A stretch of DNA of 64,000 bases from Dehalococcoidia bacterium (GTDB lineage Bacteria > Chloroflexota > Dehalococcoidia > SM23-28-2 > WHTN01): contig WHTN01000004.1 in NCBI GenBank assembly GCA_009377715.1, forward strand, positions 4,753 through 68,752, in the 5' to 3' direction. Below are positions 1-8,819 of this stretch, in pieces. Made by a program: the position numbers and the translations under genes. Below the pieces are notes generated by a model. It ran no database searches, was not told the DNA's origin, and saw nothing but the letters and a program-made list of their open reading frames with translations. How positions within the stretch are numbered: the stretch's first letter is position 1; every line of letters begins with the position of its first letter.

Positions 1-34
1 CGATACGAAGGCGCCGCTGGGCGCCTTCTTCGCG

Positions 35-1348
35 CTAGCCGATCTTCTCGGCGCCGCCCATATACGGACGCAGCGCTTCCGGCACGACGACAGAGCCATC
101 GCGCTGCTGGTAGTTCTCCAGCACGGCGATGACCGTGCGAGGCAGCGCTACACCTGAGCCGTTCAGCGTGTGGACGAACTCCGGCCGCGCGCCCTTCTCC
201 CGCCGAAAGCGCACATTCGCCCGCCGCGCCTGAAAGTCGGCGCAGTTGGAGATGCTGCTGACCTCCAACCACTCCTCGCAGCCGGCGGCCCACACCTCGA
301 GATCGTAGGTCATCGCCGCGGCGAAGCCGAGGTCGCCGGTGCAGAGCTGGACGACGCGGTACGGCAGGCCCAGCAGGCGCAGGACTTCCTCGGCGTCGGC
401 AAGCATAGTATCGAGTTCGGCGTCGGACTCCTCCGGCAGGCAGAACTTGTACATCTCCACCTTATCGAACTGATGTCCACGCTTGATGCCGCGCACGTCG
501 CGGCCGGCGCTCATCTTCTCGCGGCGGAAGCACGGCGTATAGGCAGCGTACCGTAGCGGCAACGCGTCGCCCTCGAGGATCTCGTCGCGATGGAGGTTAG
601 TGATCGGCACTTCGGCCGTCGGCACGAGCCAGATGTCGTCTTCGACGTCGTGATAGAGGTTATCGGCGAACTTCGGGAGCTGGCCGGAGCCCACCAGCGT
701 CTCTTCTTTCACGACGAACGGCGGATCGACCTCGGTGTAGCCGTGCTTGGTGACGTGCAGGTCCAGCATCCAGTTGATTAGCGCCCGCTCCAGCCGAGCG
801 CCTGCGCCCTTCAGCACGTAGAAGCGAGAGCCAGATAGTTTTACGCCGCGCTCAAAATCGATTATGTCAAGCGCTTCGCCGATCTCCCAGTGCGGCCGCG
901 GCGCGAAGTCGAAGGTCGGCCTTACGCCCTCGGTGCGGACGACGACGTTCTCCGTCTCGTCCCGCCCGATAGTGACGCGCTCGTTGGGGATATTCGGTAG
1001 CTGCATCGCCAGGCCTTGCAACTGGTCCTCGGTCTGTTTTACGTCCACCTCAAGCTCGTTGATGCGCTCGCTTACATCCCGCATACGCGCCATCAACTCG
1101 TCGCGCTTTGTCGTTGCGGCGGCGGCTTCGCCTTCGTCTTTCGCGCGCTGGACGGCCTGGTTCAGCCCGCCGATCTCTTTGCCGGCGACGTTGCGTTCGG
1201 CTCGCAGCGCCTCGTACTCCTGCAAGAGCGTGCGCCGTCTTCCATCGAGCGCGATGATGTCATCGACCGGCGCCGCGTCGGCCTGACGGTCATGCAACGC
1301 CTTGCGGACGGCGTCCGGGTTATCGCGCACGAACTGAATGCTCAGCAT
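35..1348 (-). CDS. serS: seryl-tRNA synthetase
   Basis: 437-aa ORF; N-terminal coiled-coil tRNA-binding arm plus class II aaRS catalytic core; full length. Confidence 0.95.
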   Translation of the reverse strand: MLSIQFVRDNPDAVRKALHDRQADAAPVDDIIALDGRRRTLLQEYEALRAERNVAGKEIGGLNQAVQRAKDEGEAAAATTKRDELMARMRDVSERINELEVDVKQTEDQLQGLAMQLPNIPNERVTIGRDETENVVVRTEGVRPTFDFAPRPHWEIGEALDIIDFERGVKLSGSRFYVLKGAGARLERALINWMLDLHVTKHGYTEVDPPFVVKEETLVGSGQLPKFADNLYHDVEDDIWLVPTAEVPITNLHRDEILEGDALPLRYAAYTPCFRREKMSAGRDVRGIKRGHQFDKVEMYKFCLPEESDAELDTMLADAEEVLRLLGLPYRVVQLCTGDLGFAAAMTYDLEVWAAGCEEWLEVSSISNCADFQARRANVRFRREKGARPEFVHTLNGSGVALPRTVIAVLENYQQRDGSVVVPEALRPYMGGAEKIG

Positions 1349-1364
1349 ATTGTTCCATTAACCT

Positions 1365-1425
1365 CGTAGCTGCAGACCTTTAGGTCTGCTAAAGCCTTTG
1401 CAGGTCTAAAGACCTGCAGCTACGT
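1365..1425. repeat. compound palindrome: two hairpins (GCAGACC-TTTA-GGTCTGC and GCAGGTC-TAAA-GACCTGC) nested inside an 11-bp outer stem CGTAGCTGCAG...CTGCAGCTACG
   Basis: read directly; lies between NUDIX 3' end and serS 5' end; 16-mer core CAGACCTTTAGGTCTG recurs at ~32438. Confidence 0.6.
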
Positions 1426-1447
1426 ATCATGGCTACGTTTGTTTTAA

Positions 1448-1491
1448 CCGCTCATGGTTCGACACGTTCACCATGAGCCTGTCGAAGGGCC
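1448..1491. repeat. REP-like palindromic repeat, family 1 (CCGCTCATGG...CCATGAGC hairpin followed by CTGTCGAAGGGCC)
   Basis: hairpin arms GCTCATGGT/ACCATGAGC read directly; related copies at ~33269, ~42492-42583, ~43944. Confidence 0.6.
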
Positions 1492-1995
1492 AACAACATT
1501 TTCTGTGTGGCTCGTCGATCTCGCCATTTCTATCGCCTTCAAGGCGAGCAGGCACACGTCCTCGGAAACTGGTACGGAGATGCCGCAGCCGGCCAGCTCA
1601 AGAGCGCAGTCGCCCCGCAAATCGGCTTCGTCGACCCATACGCTTATCGCATCGGCATCCGGCGACATGGCCGGGACACCATCGAGCGGGCGGCAGAAGA
1701 AGATGAAGTCGACGTGCTTGTGGGGCTCTCCGCGGTCGAAGCTGTTCTCCAGCAGTATGGCGACGGGCGTCGGAAGTTGCTCCGGATAGGCGAAAGCCAG
1801 GGGTTCCCGGCCAGGTAGCACTTCCACAGCCAGCCCGGTCTCCTCGAGCACCTCGCGCAGAAGCCCCGTAACCGGATCTTCGTCGGGCAGAAGATGGCCG
1901 CCGGGCGGCAGCCACATCTGCGCCTTGCGGTGCCACTGAAGCAGGACCTTGCCGTCGTTGACGACGAAGCCAGTAGCCGTGAAGTGCCTCTCCAT
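1468..1995 (-). CDS. NUDIX hydrolase
   Basis: Nudix box GGHLLPDEDPVTGLLREVLEETG in 175-aa ORF. Confidence 0.85.
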   Translation of the reverse strand: MERHFTATGFVVNDGKVLLQWHRKAQMWLPPGGHLLPDEDPVTGLLREVLEETGLAVEVLPGREPLAFAYPEQLPTPVAILLENSFDRGEPHKHVDFIFFCRPLDGVPAMSPDADAISVWVDEADLRGDCALELAGCGISVPVSEDVCLLALKAIEMARSTSHTENVVGPSTGSW

Positions 1996-2000
1996 GTGCC

Positions 2001-2648
2001 TTAGTCTAACAGCGAGAGGTCGAAATGGGCCAGATCGTCGAGTACTACGTCCGCGAGACTTAGGTCGAGTCCCGTCGTGCTGAGCGTTCGCACAGCTACG
2101 ACGAACATTTCGGCCGCGTTGGCCGACCGTATGCCGGACGGCGAGTCCTCGATCGCCAGGCAGCGCTTAGGCCCTACGCCGAGCCGTTCCGCTGCGAGAA
2201 GATAGCAGTCAGGCGCCGGCTTGTGGCGCTCGACCATCTCGCCGGAGACGATGATTTCGAACGCGTCGCCGAGGCCGATGCCTTCGAGCAGCGCATCAAC
2301 CCACGCGCCCAACGATGACGACGCCAGCCCCAGTCGAAGGCCGCGATCGTGCGCGGCCGATATCAGTTCGCGGACGCCGGTGTTGGGCTCGGCGGGCTTG
2401 CGCAGTTCGGCGAGGACGGCGGGGTCGTAGAGGCGCACATACTCGGCCAGCGGCCGCCTGAGGCCGTAGCGGCGGATGTACTCCTCCCAGGCCGCTTCGA
2501 CGCTGAGACCGATGATCTCGGCGTAGTCGCGTTCTGGGACGAGGACGCCCTCTTCGGCAAGGATCGTGTTGACGGCTGCGTAGTAGCGCGGCTCGCTGTC
2601 GGCGAGCACGCCGTCCATATCGAAGATAATGGCGTCGAAGCGCGGCAT
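2001..2648 (-). CDS. HAD-superfamily hydrolase (subfamily IA, beta-phosphoglucomutase-like)
   Basis: motifs FDMDGVL, HKPAPD, EDSPSGI. Confidence 0.85.
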   Translation of the reverse strand: MPRFDAIIFDMDGVLADSEPRYYAAVNTILAEEGVLVPERDYAEIIGLSVEAAWEEYIRRYGLRRPLAEYVRLYDPAVLAELRKPAEPNTGVRELISAAHDRGLRLGLASSSLGAWVDALLEGIGLGDAFEIIVSGEMVERHKPAPDCYLLAAERLGVGPKRCLAIEDSPSGIRSANAAEMFVVAVRTLSTTGLDLSLADVVLDDLAHFDLSLLD

Positions 2649-2651
2649 CGG

Positions 2652-3317
2652 CTACTGTTGCTCCCAGACGACGTTATCCGACGCGTGGACGATGAGAATA
2701 TCGCCGGAGCAGATTTCGCTTAGCGTATTTAGTTCTTGTGGGGCGCTAGGATCGTAGCTCCGCCAGCTTTGATCGCTTGCTTCATATTGCCACGCCACGT
2801 CTAGGACATCCAGGGTCGCGAACGCATCTTCGACCGGCTTACAGCCATCCGGGTGCCACTCGACGAAGTTCCACCCCTGCCAGAGGTCGACCGTATGCGT
2901 TTGCGGCGTCTCACAGGTCAGGTCCAGCCGGTGCTGCTTGGTGGGATCCCAAACTCCCGTCTGAGCGCAAGGGAGGAACACGGGTTCAGGGAACGGGTCT
3001 ACCCAATCGAAGGTAATCGTATCGCCGTAGCCAGCGCAGCCCCGCTCGACGGTAGTCGCCTTCACGTCTACGGTATAGCCAATGCCAAGCTCCTCGATGT
3101 CCTGGACTTCCGCCAGGCCGCAAATCTTATCGCGGATCTTCGCCCGCACCAGCGTTCCTACTTCAGGAGGCGCCCCTTCGACGGTGACGGTGCCATAGAA
3201 CGTGACGTAACTGAACGTAGGCTGAGCATCGACTTTAGAAGCGTCCGGAGAGACGGTTAGAACTACAAGAGCCACGATACCCGCAAGCGCCAGAATGAGA
3301 GCAACCGATTTCCTCAC
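2652..3317 (-). CDS. secreted/membrane-anchored hypothetical protein (domain A + domain B, paralogous to both ends of the upstream beta-helix protein)
   Basis: hydrophobic signal/anchor (VALILALAGIVALVVL); start moved to GTG ~3317 because the ORF-track start overlaps the upstream gene by ~210 nt; domain similarity seen by eye. Confidence 0.55.
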   Translation of the reverse strand: MRKSVALILALAGIVALVVLTVSPDASKVDAQPTFSYVTFYGTVTVEGAPPEVGTLVRAKIRDKICGLAEVQDIEELGIGYTVDVKATTVERGCAGYGDTITFDWVDPFPEPVFLPCAQTGVWDPTKQHRLDLTCETPQTHTVDLWQGWNFVEWHPDGCKPVEDAFATLDVLDVAWQYEASDQSWRSYDPSAPQELNTLSEICSGDILIVHASDNVVWEQQ

Positions 3318-3328
3318 GATGTTGACCT

Positions 3329-5232
3329 TTAGTCCTGGAGCCAAACGACGCCTTCCAACATATAGATGCTTAGGATGCCACAGACCTCTTGCAGCGTATT
3401 CACACTCGCGGGCGCGTTCGGATCGTAGCCAAGCCACGTTTGCGTCTCGCCGACGAACGCCCACGCAGTGCCCAGAATGCCCGCTTCTGTGAGTTGACGG
3501 AACGCCCAGTCCGCCGGACGGCAGCTTGAGGGCTGCCACTCAACTAAGTTCCAGTCGCCGAATAACGGCACCAGCGCAGCATCGCGCGCTCCAAATTCGT
3601 AAGCGCCGATATCGCAAATAACGCTGCCGCCGGTATTGTCATCGAAGGGTCTCGGGCGGCTGCGCTGATCTCTATCTGGGCATGCGCTGTTATCGCCAGC
3701 GTCTATGGCAGGGCTGCCGAACAGCAAGGCGTGCGTAAGCTTAGCACCACCGTCGTCGCCAAGCTCACTGAGCAAAGCATCATCCACAACGCGATCACCA
3801 CTGGCGTCAGCCAGACCGCAAGTGTCGTCGTCCGCGATACTGTGGTTGGTGGATATCGGCTCCGGGCCGCCGCAGTTGGTTTGAATGTTACGAGCGACGA
3901 TGGTGTTCGTCATCGTCGCGTCGCCGGAATTGTATATCCCGCCGCTACCGCCAGCCGCTAAGCTCGCATTGTCAGCAATCGTGACGTTAGTGAGGGTCAG
4001 CGTCCCGCTATTGCTTATGCCTGTGCCTTCGGTAGCCGACTGATTGCCGCTGATCGTGCTGTTCGTCAGGGTCGCGGTGCCCGTATTACTGAGGCCACCC
4101 CCTAAGTCTCCGTAGTTGTCGCTTATCGTACTCAGGGTGACGGTGAGTGCACCGTGGTTATCAATACCGCCTACGCCCAGATCGCTAATGTTTGTGCTTA
4201 TGGTACTTTCGGATATTTCGAGAGTGCCGGAGTTATGAATGCCTGCGGTACCGTCGACGCTGCTGTTTCCGCTTACGACACTCGTGTCAATAATAAGCGA
4301 GCCGTCATTGAGTATGCCGCTACCCTGAGCTGCAATATTTCGGCCGATCTCACTATCACGTACTAAGGCGGAGGCCCCGTTGTGCAAAGCGCCACCGGCG
4401 CTACTGCTATTTGCGTTGATAGTGATTCTTCTAACTGCAAGAGCACCTTCCAGATTATGAATGGCGCTACCAGCCTCGCTGTTGCCATTTCGGATAGTTA
4501 GATTCGCTGCGCTGAACTTGGTAGCGCCGACGACGTGGAACACCCTATCGAGGGCACCACCGTCTAGAGTACTTGTAGCCGTGCCGGATCCGACAATTGT
4601 AAGGTCGTCCGTGATATCTAAGTCACCCGTCTCGGCCTCATCTTCGGCTGCAGCGCCATTAGCGATGGTCAAAGAATAAGTGCCAGGCGGGACCGATATT
4701 GCGTCCAGGCCAGATACAAAGTTCGCTTCTTGGACGGCCGCCCGCAACGTGCATTCGCCCAGGAACGTTGCGCAGGCGTTATCACCTAACACCTCATCGC
4801 CAGCGTCGCGCTCGCTAGTGACGACAAACGTACGTAAGGCTTCGGAACAGACCAAGTCTAGTTCTTGAAAGCCCCCGTCCCAACTGCCGACGGTAGGCAG
4901 CCCAGAAACTCACCTTGAATGGTCTCCACCTCGAACAGGATTACCTTGCCCGTAGTGCCGCAATTTAACTCGTGACCTATCCAAAGTACATCTATGACAT
5001 ACCCTATGCCGATATCTTCAACCTCTCGAACGGTAGTCTGGCCACATAGATGGCCATCGATCCTGGCGCGGATTTCAGTGCCAATGGGAGGTATGGATCC
5101 ATCTACCAAAACCGTACCGGATATTCTGGTGGGTGGCCCTATTTGAGCTCGCGCGGAATCGTTGTCGGCGGAACTGACCGCTATCAAACTTGTGAGCAGA
5201 ACAGCCGCTGCTAAAAGTATTAGCTTTCTCAT
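3329..5232 (-). pseudogene. secreted CSLREA-type right-handed parallel beta-helix repeat protein, frame-disrupted (ORF-track pieces 4858..5232 and 3329..4855 are one gene)
   Basis: signal peptide MRKLILLAAAVLLTSLIAVSSA; domain A continues across the ORF boundary in the -1 frame (..WDGGFQELDLVC.. matches ..VWDPTKQHRLDLTC.. of the paralog); CTLRAAVQEAN (CSLREA-like) motif; many NxGxLTLTNSTISGN beta-helix repeats; shift around 4885-4900. Confidence 0.6.
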
Positions 5233-5244
5233 TGCTCTAGCCTC

Positions 5245-6732
5245 CTACCCCCTACTCCTGAGTTGCGGGAAGAGTATGACCTCACGTATAGACGTCTGAC
5301 CCGTGAGGATCATCGTCAGGCGGTCGATGCCCATGCCGAGGCCGCCGGTGGGCGGCATGCCATGCTCAAGCGCCGTGAGGAAGTCCTCGTCTACGACCTC
5401 CGCTTCGTCGTCACCGGCAGCGCGGAGGCGGGCCTGCTGTTCGAAACGCAGGCGTTGCTCGATGGGGTCGTTTAGCTCCGAGAAGGCGTTCGCCACCTCG
5501 AAACCGCCGATGAACCCTTCGAAGCGCTCGACGTAGCGCGGGTCGTCCGGCCTTTGCTTCGCGAGCGGCGAAAGCTCGATGGGGTAGTCCAGCAGAAAGG
5601 TCGGCTGGATCAGGTGCGGCTCTACGAACGTCGAAAGCAGTTCGTCGATAAGCTTGCCGCGACCCTTGCTGGCGAGGTCACCCGGCGGCAAGCCAAGCGC
5701 CAGCATCGCCTCGCGCAACGAGCCGGCCTCCGGATACTCTTCGAAGTCGAGGCCAGAGCGCTCTTTGATCGCTTCACGCAGCGTCATCTGCCGCCAGGGC
5801 GGCGTAAGGTCTATCTCGTGGTCGCCGCGGGCGACCTTGGGCGTGCCGAGCACCGATATCGCGACGTTATATACAAGCTCTTCGACCATCCGGAGAACGT
5901 CGCGGTAATCGGCATAGGCCTCATACGACTCCATCGTCGTGAACTCGGGGTTGTGTTTGGTGGACAGGCCTTCGTTACGAAAGATACGGCCGACCTCGTA
6001 CACCTTGTCGATGCCGCCGACGATAAGCCGCTTGAGGTGCAGTTCGGTCGCTATGCGCATATAGAAATCGCTATCCAGCGCGTTGTAGTGCGTGACGAAC
6101 GGCCGCGCCGCTGCTCCTCCGGCGCTTGCCTGCAGGATCGGCGTCTCGACCTCAAGGAAGCCGCGGTCGTTCATGAAGCGGCGCACTGCCGCGACCACGC
6201 GGCTGCGCGTTAGCGCTATGCTGAGCGACTCCTCGTTGGCGATGAGGTCGAGATAACGCTGGCGATAGCGGGCTTCGATGTCCTGAAGGCCGTGCCACTT
6301 CTCTGGCAGCGGCCGGATGGATTTCGAGAGGAGCGCGTACTCTTTAGCTTCGACAGTGATCTCGCCGGCGCGAGTGCGGAATAGCGGCCCCACGACGCCG
6401 AGGAAGTCGCCTAAATCGAGGTCCTCCAGTCCAGCGTAAGCTTCGCCGATAAGGTCGCGGCGGAACTGCGCCTGGATCTTGCCGGAGCCATCTCGCAGGT
6501 CTAAGAACGCTACTTTGCCCATGACCCGCATAGCGGTGATGCGCCCCGCGACGCGCGCCTCGACATCGGTGCGCTCCGCTCTGCTGCTTTCGGCCTCCTC
6601 GAAGATGGCCGTCGCTTGGCCCGCAGTATGGGTACGTTGCCAGCGCGCAGGGTAAGGATCGACGCCCTGCTCTCGAAGCCTATCGAGCTTCGCCAGGCGC
6701 TGGTTGATTACTTCTTCGCCTCTATCCGGCAC
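5245..6732 (-). CDS. lysS: lysyl-tRNA synthetase (class II)
   Basis: 495-aa ORF with OB-fold anticodon-binding N-terminus and class II core; greA-lysS arrangement conserved. Confidence 0.95.
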   Translation of the reverse strand: MPDRGEEVINQRLAKLDRLREQGVDPYPARWQRTHTAGQATAIFEEAESSRAERTDVEARVAGRITAMRVMGKVAFLDLRDGSGKIQAQFRRDLIGEAYAGLEDLDLGDFLGVVGPLFRTRAGEITVEAKEYALLSKSIRPLPEKWHGLQDIEARYRQRYLDLIANEESLSIALTRSRVVAAVRRFMNDRGFLEVETPILQASAGGAAARPFVTHYNALDSDFYMRIATELHLKRLIVGGIDKVYEVGRIFRNEGLSTKHNPEFTTMESYEAYADYRDVLRMVEELVYNVAISVLGTPKVARGDHEIDLTPPWRQMTLREAIKERSGLDFEEYPEAGSLREAMLALGLPPGDLASKGRGKLIDELLSTFVEPHLIQPTFLLDYPIELSPLAKQRPDDPRYVERFEGFIGGFEVANAFSELNDPIEQRLRFEQQARLRAAGDDEAEVVDEDFLTALEHGMPPTGGLGMGIDRLTMILTGQTSIREVILFPQLRSRG

Positions 6733-6763
6733 TTCTTACCTCATCTGAAGATGTCTTACTCAT

Positions 6764-6796
6764 AATAGCAAAAGGGCGGTGGATGACCCACCGCCC
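6764..6796 (-). terminator. rho-independent terminator of greA
   Basis: hairpin AAGGGCGGTGG-ATGAC-CCACCGCCCTT followed on the minus strand by TTTTGCTATT. Confidence 0.5.
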
Positions 6797-6821
6797 TTCA
6801 GTTAAGTGCATCGCCGATAAG

Positions 6822-7295
6822 TTAACCGATGTTTGCGATGGTAAAGCGTAGGGTGCCTGCGGGCACCTTAACCGAAACTTCTTGCCCCACACGCTTGCCG
6901 AGCAGCGCCTGACCGACGGGCGACTCGTTGCTGATACGGCCGTCCTTGGGATCAGCCTCCGCACTGCCGACGATCGTGTACTGCTCCTCTTCGCCTTTTT
7001 CGTTATGCACGGTCACCGTCGACCCTAGTTGTACGTTGTTGGAGTGATGGGCTTCTTCCTCATCTATAAGTACGGCGTTCTGGACAAGCTGCTCTAAGAT
7101 CAGTATGCGTCCTTCTACAAACGCCTGCTCGTTCTTCGCATCCTCGTATTCGGGGTTGTTTTGCGGGCTGGCCAGCTCTTTGGCCTCTTGTATTCGCTTA
7201 GCAACCTGCGGCCGTCGCACGGTTCGGAGGTGCTCGAGCTCCTCTCCGAGCTTCGCTAACCCGTCTTTCGTTAGCGGGATCTGTTTTAGGGTCAT
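6822..7295 (-). CDS. greA: transcription elongation factor GreA
   Basis: 157-aa ORF; N-terminal coiled coil and C-terminal FKBP-like domain signature. Confidence 0.95.
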   Translation of the reverse strand: MTLKQIPLTKDGLAKLGEELEHLRTVRRPQVAKRIQEAKELASPQNNPEYEDAKNEQAFVEGRILILEQLVQNAVLIDEEEAHHSNNVQLGSTVTVHNEKGEEEQYTIVGSAEADPKDGRISNESPVGQALLGKRVGQEVSVKVPAGTLRFTIANIG

Positions 7296-7681
7296 TTCAC
7301 GCTCCTAAGAGTCTTAGAAAAAAGCAGACTGAGAGATTTGGCCCCCAGTCTACTTACAATAAATCCGCTCCATATTATAGCATAGCTTTTGCCTGTCAAC
7401 GGATGGATAACGGATTAATGGATACGCGGACGATATTGAATGGTAGGAGATGTTCGCCGAACCACTCTCACTTCAAGGAATAAATCTCTGCCGATTTTAA
7501 TCGGCAGCTTCAAGGTAGCTGCGGGTTGGGTCATTGCGAGCGAAAGCGAAGCAATCTCAGCCCGTTCTATTACGTTGGACTACGTAGCTGAACTTTGGTG
7601 TTATGGCTGCTGGCTGTCTCCACCCTGTTTCGCATGGTACAATGCGCGTAATTGACAATAAGGTTGTGAGGCGGAGGGCGA

Positions 7682-8764
7682 TTGAGTAAGCTGGCGTGGG
7701 TGGCGGTCATACCTCTGTTCCTAAGCGCTGCCGTAGGTGGCGCCGCCGGAGCGCTTATAGCTTATTTCATCGTCGGGAACGATGATAATAATAACGCCTC
7801 AGCAATCGTAAGCCAGGTGGTCCTCGAAGAAGAATCCGCCCTCATAAGCGCGGTGCAAAAAGCAGCGCCCTCCGTAGTAGCCGTAGTGAGCCAAAACACA
7901 TCGAACCAGGGCGGCGCCACCACTGAACGGCTTTCGCTCGGCTCCGGCGTAATAATCGACGCTCGCGGATACATCGTCACGAACGAGCACGTGATTCACG
8001 AAGCGGCGCGCCCCACAGTAATCCTCGCGAACGGAGAGGAACGCCCAGCCGAGGTGATAGGGCACGACGCTCCCTTCACGGACTTGGCAGTCTTGAAGGT
8101 AGCGGAGGGTGGACTGCAGGCGATCGAACTGGGAGATTCGAGCGCTCTCCAATTGGGCCAGCGGGTGATAGCGCTGGGCAACTCGCTGCACGACTTTAAG
8201 AACAGCGTCACTCTTGGAGTCGTAAGTGGGACCGAACGCCGCTTCCCAAGAGAGAACATCTTTATGGAGGACCTGATCCAGACCGATGCCGCAGTGAACC
8301 CCGGCAACAGCGGCGGCGCGCTTGTCAATGCCGCCGGTCAGCTCGTCGGCGTCCCAACAACGGTCGTGCGGTCGGATACCGGACAGGAGGTCGAAGGTAT
8401 CGCCTTCGCTATAGCAAGTCGGACCGTAGGCGAAATAACGAACGAAATAGTAAGAAACGGCCGCATAGCCCGACCGTATCTCGGGGTGGTACACCAAGAC
8501 CTCTTCACGCCGGACGCAGGCCGCCAGTTAGGCCTAACCGCTACGCGTGGCGCGGTCGTGACCGAAGTCACGCCCAACAGCCCGGCGGCGGCCGCTGGCA
8601 TCCGGCGCGGAGACGTCATCTTGCGCATCGGCCAGCAAGACGTCACGCCAGAGATGCCGTTTCTCAACATCCTGCGCAGCCTTCGCCCCAATCAGCAGGT
8701 AGACATCGTCATTGACCGCCGTGGGGAGAGAGTGATTCTCTCCGATGTCACTCTCGGCAGCTAG
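7682..8764 (+). CDS. trypsin-like serine protease with PDZ domain (HtrA/DegP family), TTG start, N-terminal TM anchor
   Basis: catalytic motifs TNEHVI, GNSGGALVN; PDZ-like C-terminus; GGAGG RBS upstream. Confidence 0.9.
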   Translation: MSKLAWVAVIPLFLSAAVGGAAGALIAYFIVGNDDNNNASAIVSQVVLEEESALISAVQKAAPSVVAVVSQNTSNQGGATTERLSLGSGVIIDARGYIVTNEHVIHEAARPTVILANGEERPAEVIGHDAPFTDLAVLKVAEGGLQAIELGDSSALQLGQRVIALGNSLHDFKNSVTLGVVSGTERRFPRENIFMEDLIQTDAAVNPGNSGGALVNAAGQLVGVPTTVVRSDTGQEVEGIAFAIASRTVGEITNEIVRNGRIARPYLGVVHQDLFTPDAGRQLGLTATRGAVVTEVTPNSPAAAAGIRRGDVILRIGQQDVTPEMPFLNILRSLRPNQQVDIVIDRRGERVILSDVTLGS

Positions 8765-8819
8765 TCTCTAGAGTGGAAAAATCGCCAGAGAGAAGCTATA
8801 CTTTTAGCCACCGTAAACT

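Noticed and set aside
170-1369. Several 100-140-aa plus-strand ORFs inside serS
   Set aside because: They are antisense to a full-length, highly conserved aaRS and have Ala/Arg/Pro-rich composition typical of spurious high-GC ORFs. Similar antisense ORFs inside lysS (5263-6213), leuS (17063-19102), the MMPL gene (26913-28994) and elsewhere were ignored for the same reason.
7500-7550. Imperfect hairpin GGGTCATTGCGAGCGAAAGCGAAGCAATCTCAGCCC upstream of htrA
   Set aside because: Stem pairing is imperfect and it is a single copy. It could be a regulatory hairpin but I cannot support it beyond the inverted ATTGC/GCAAT arms.
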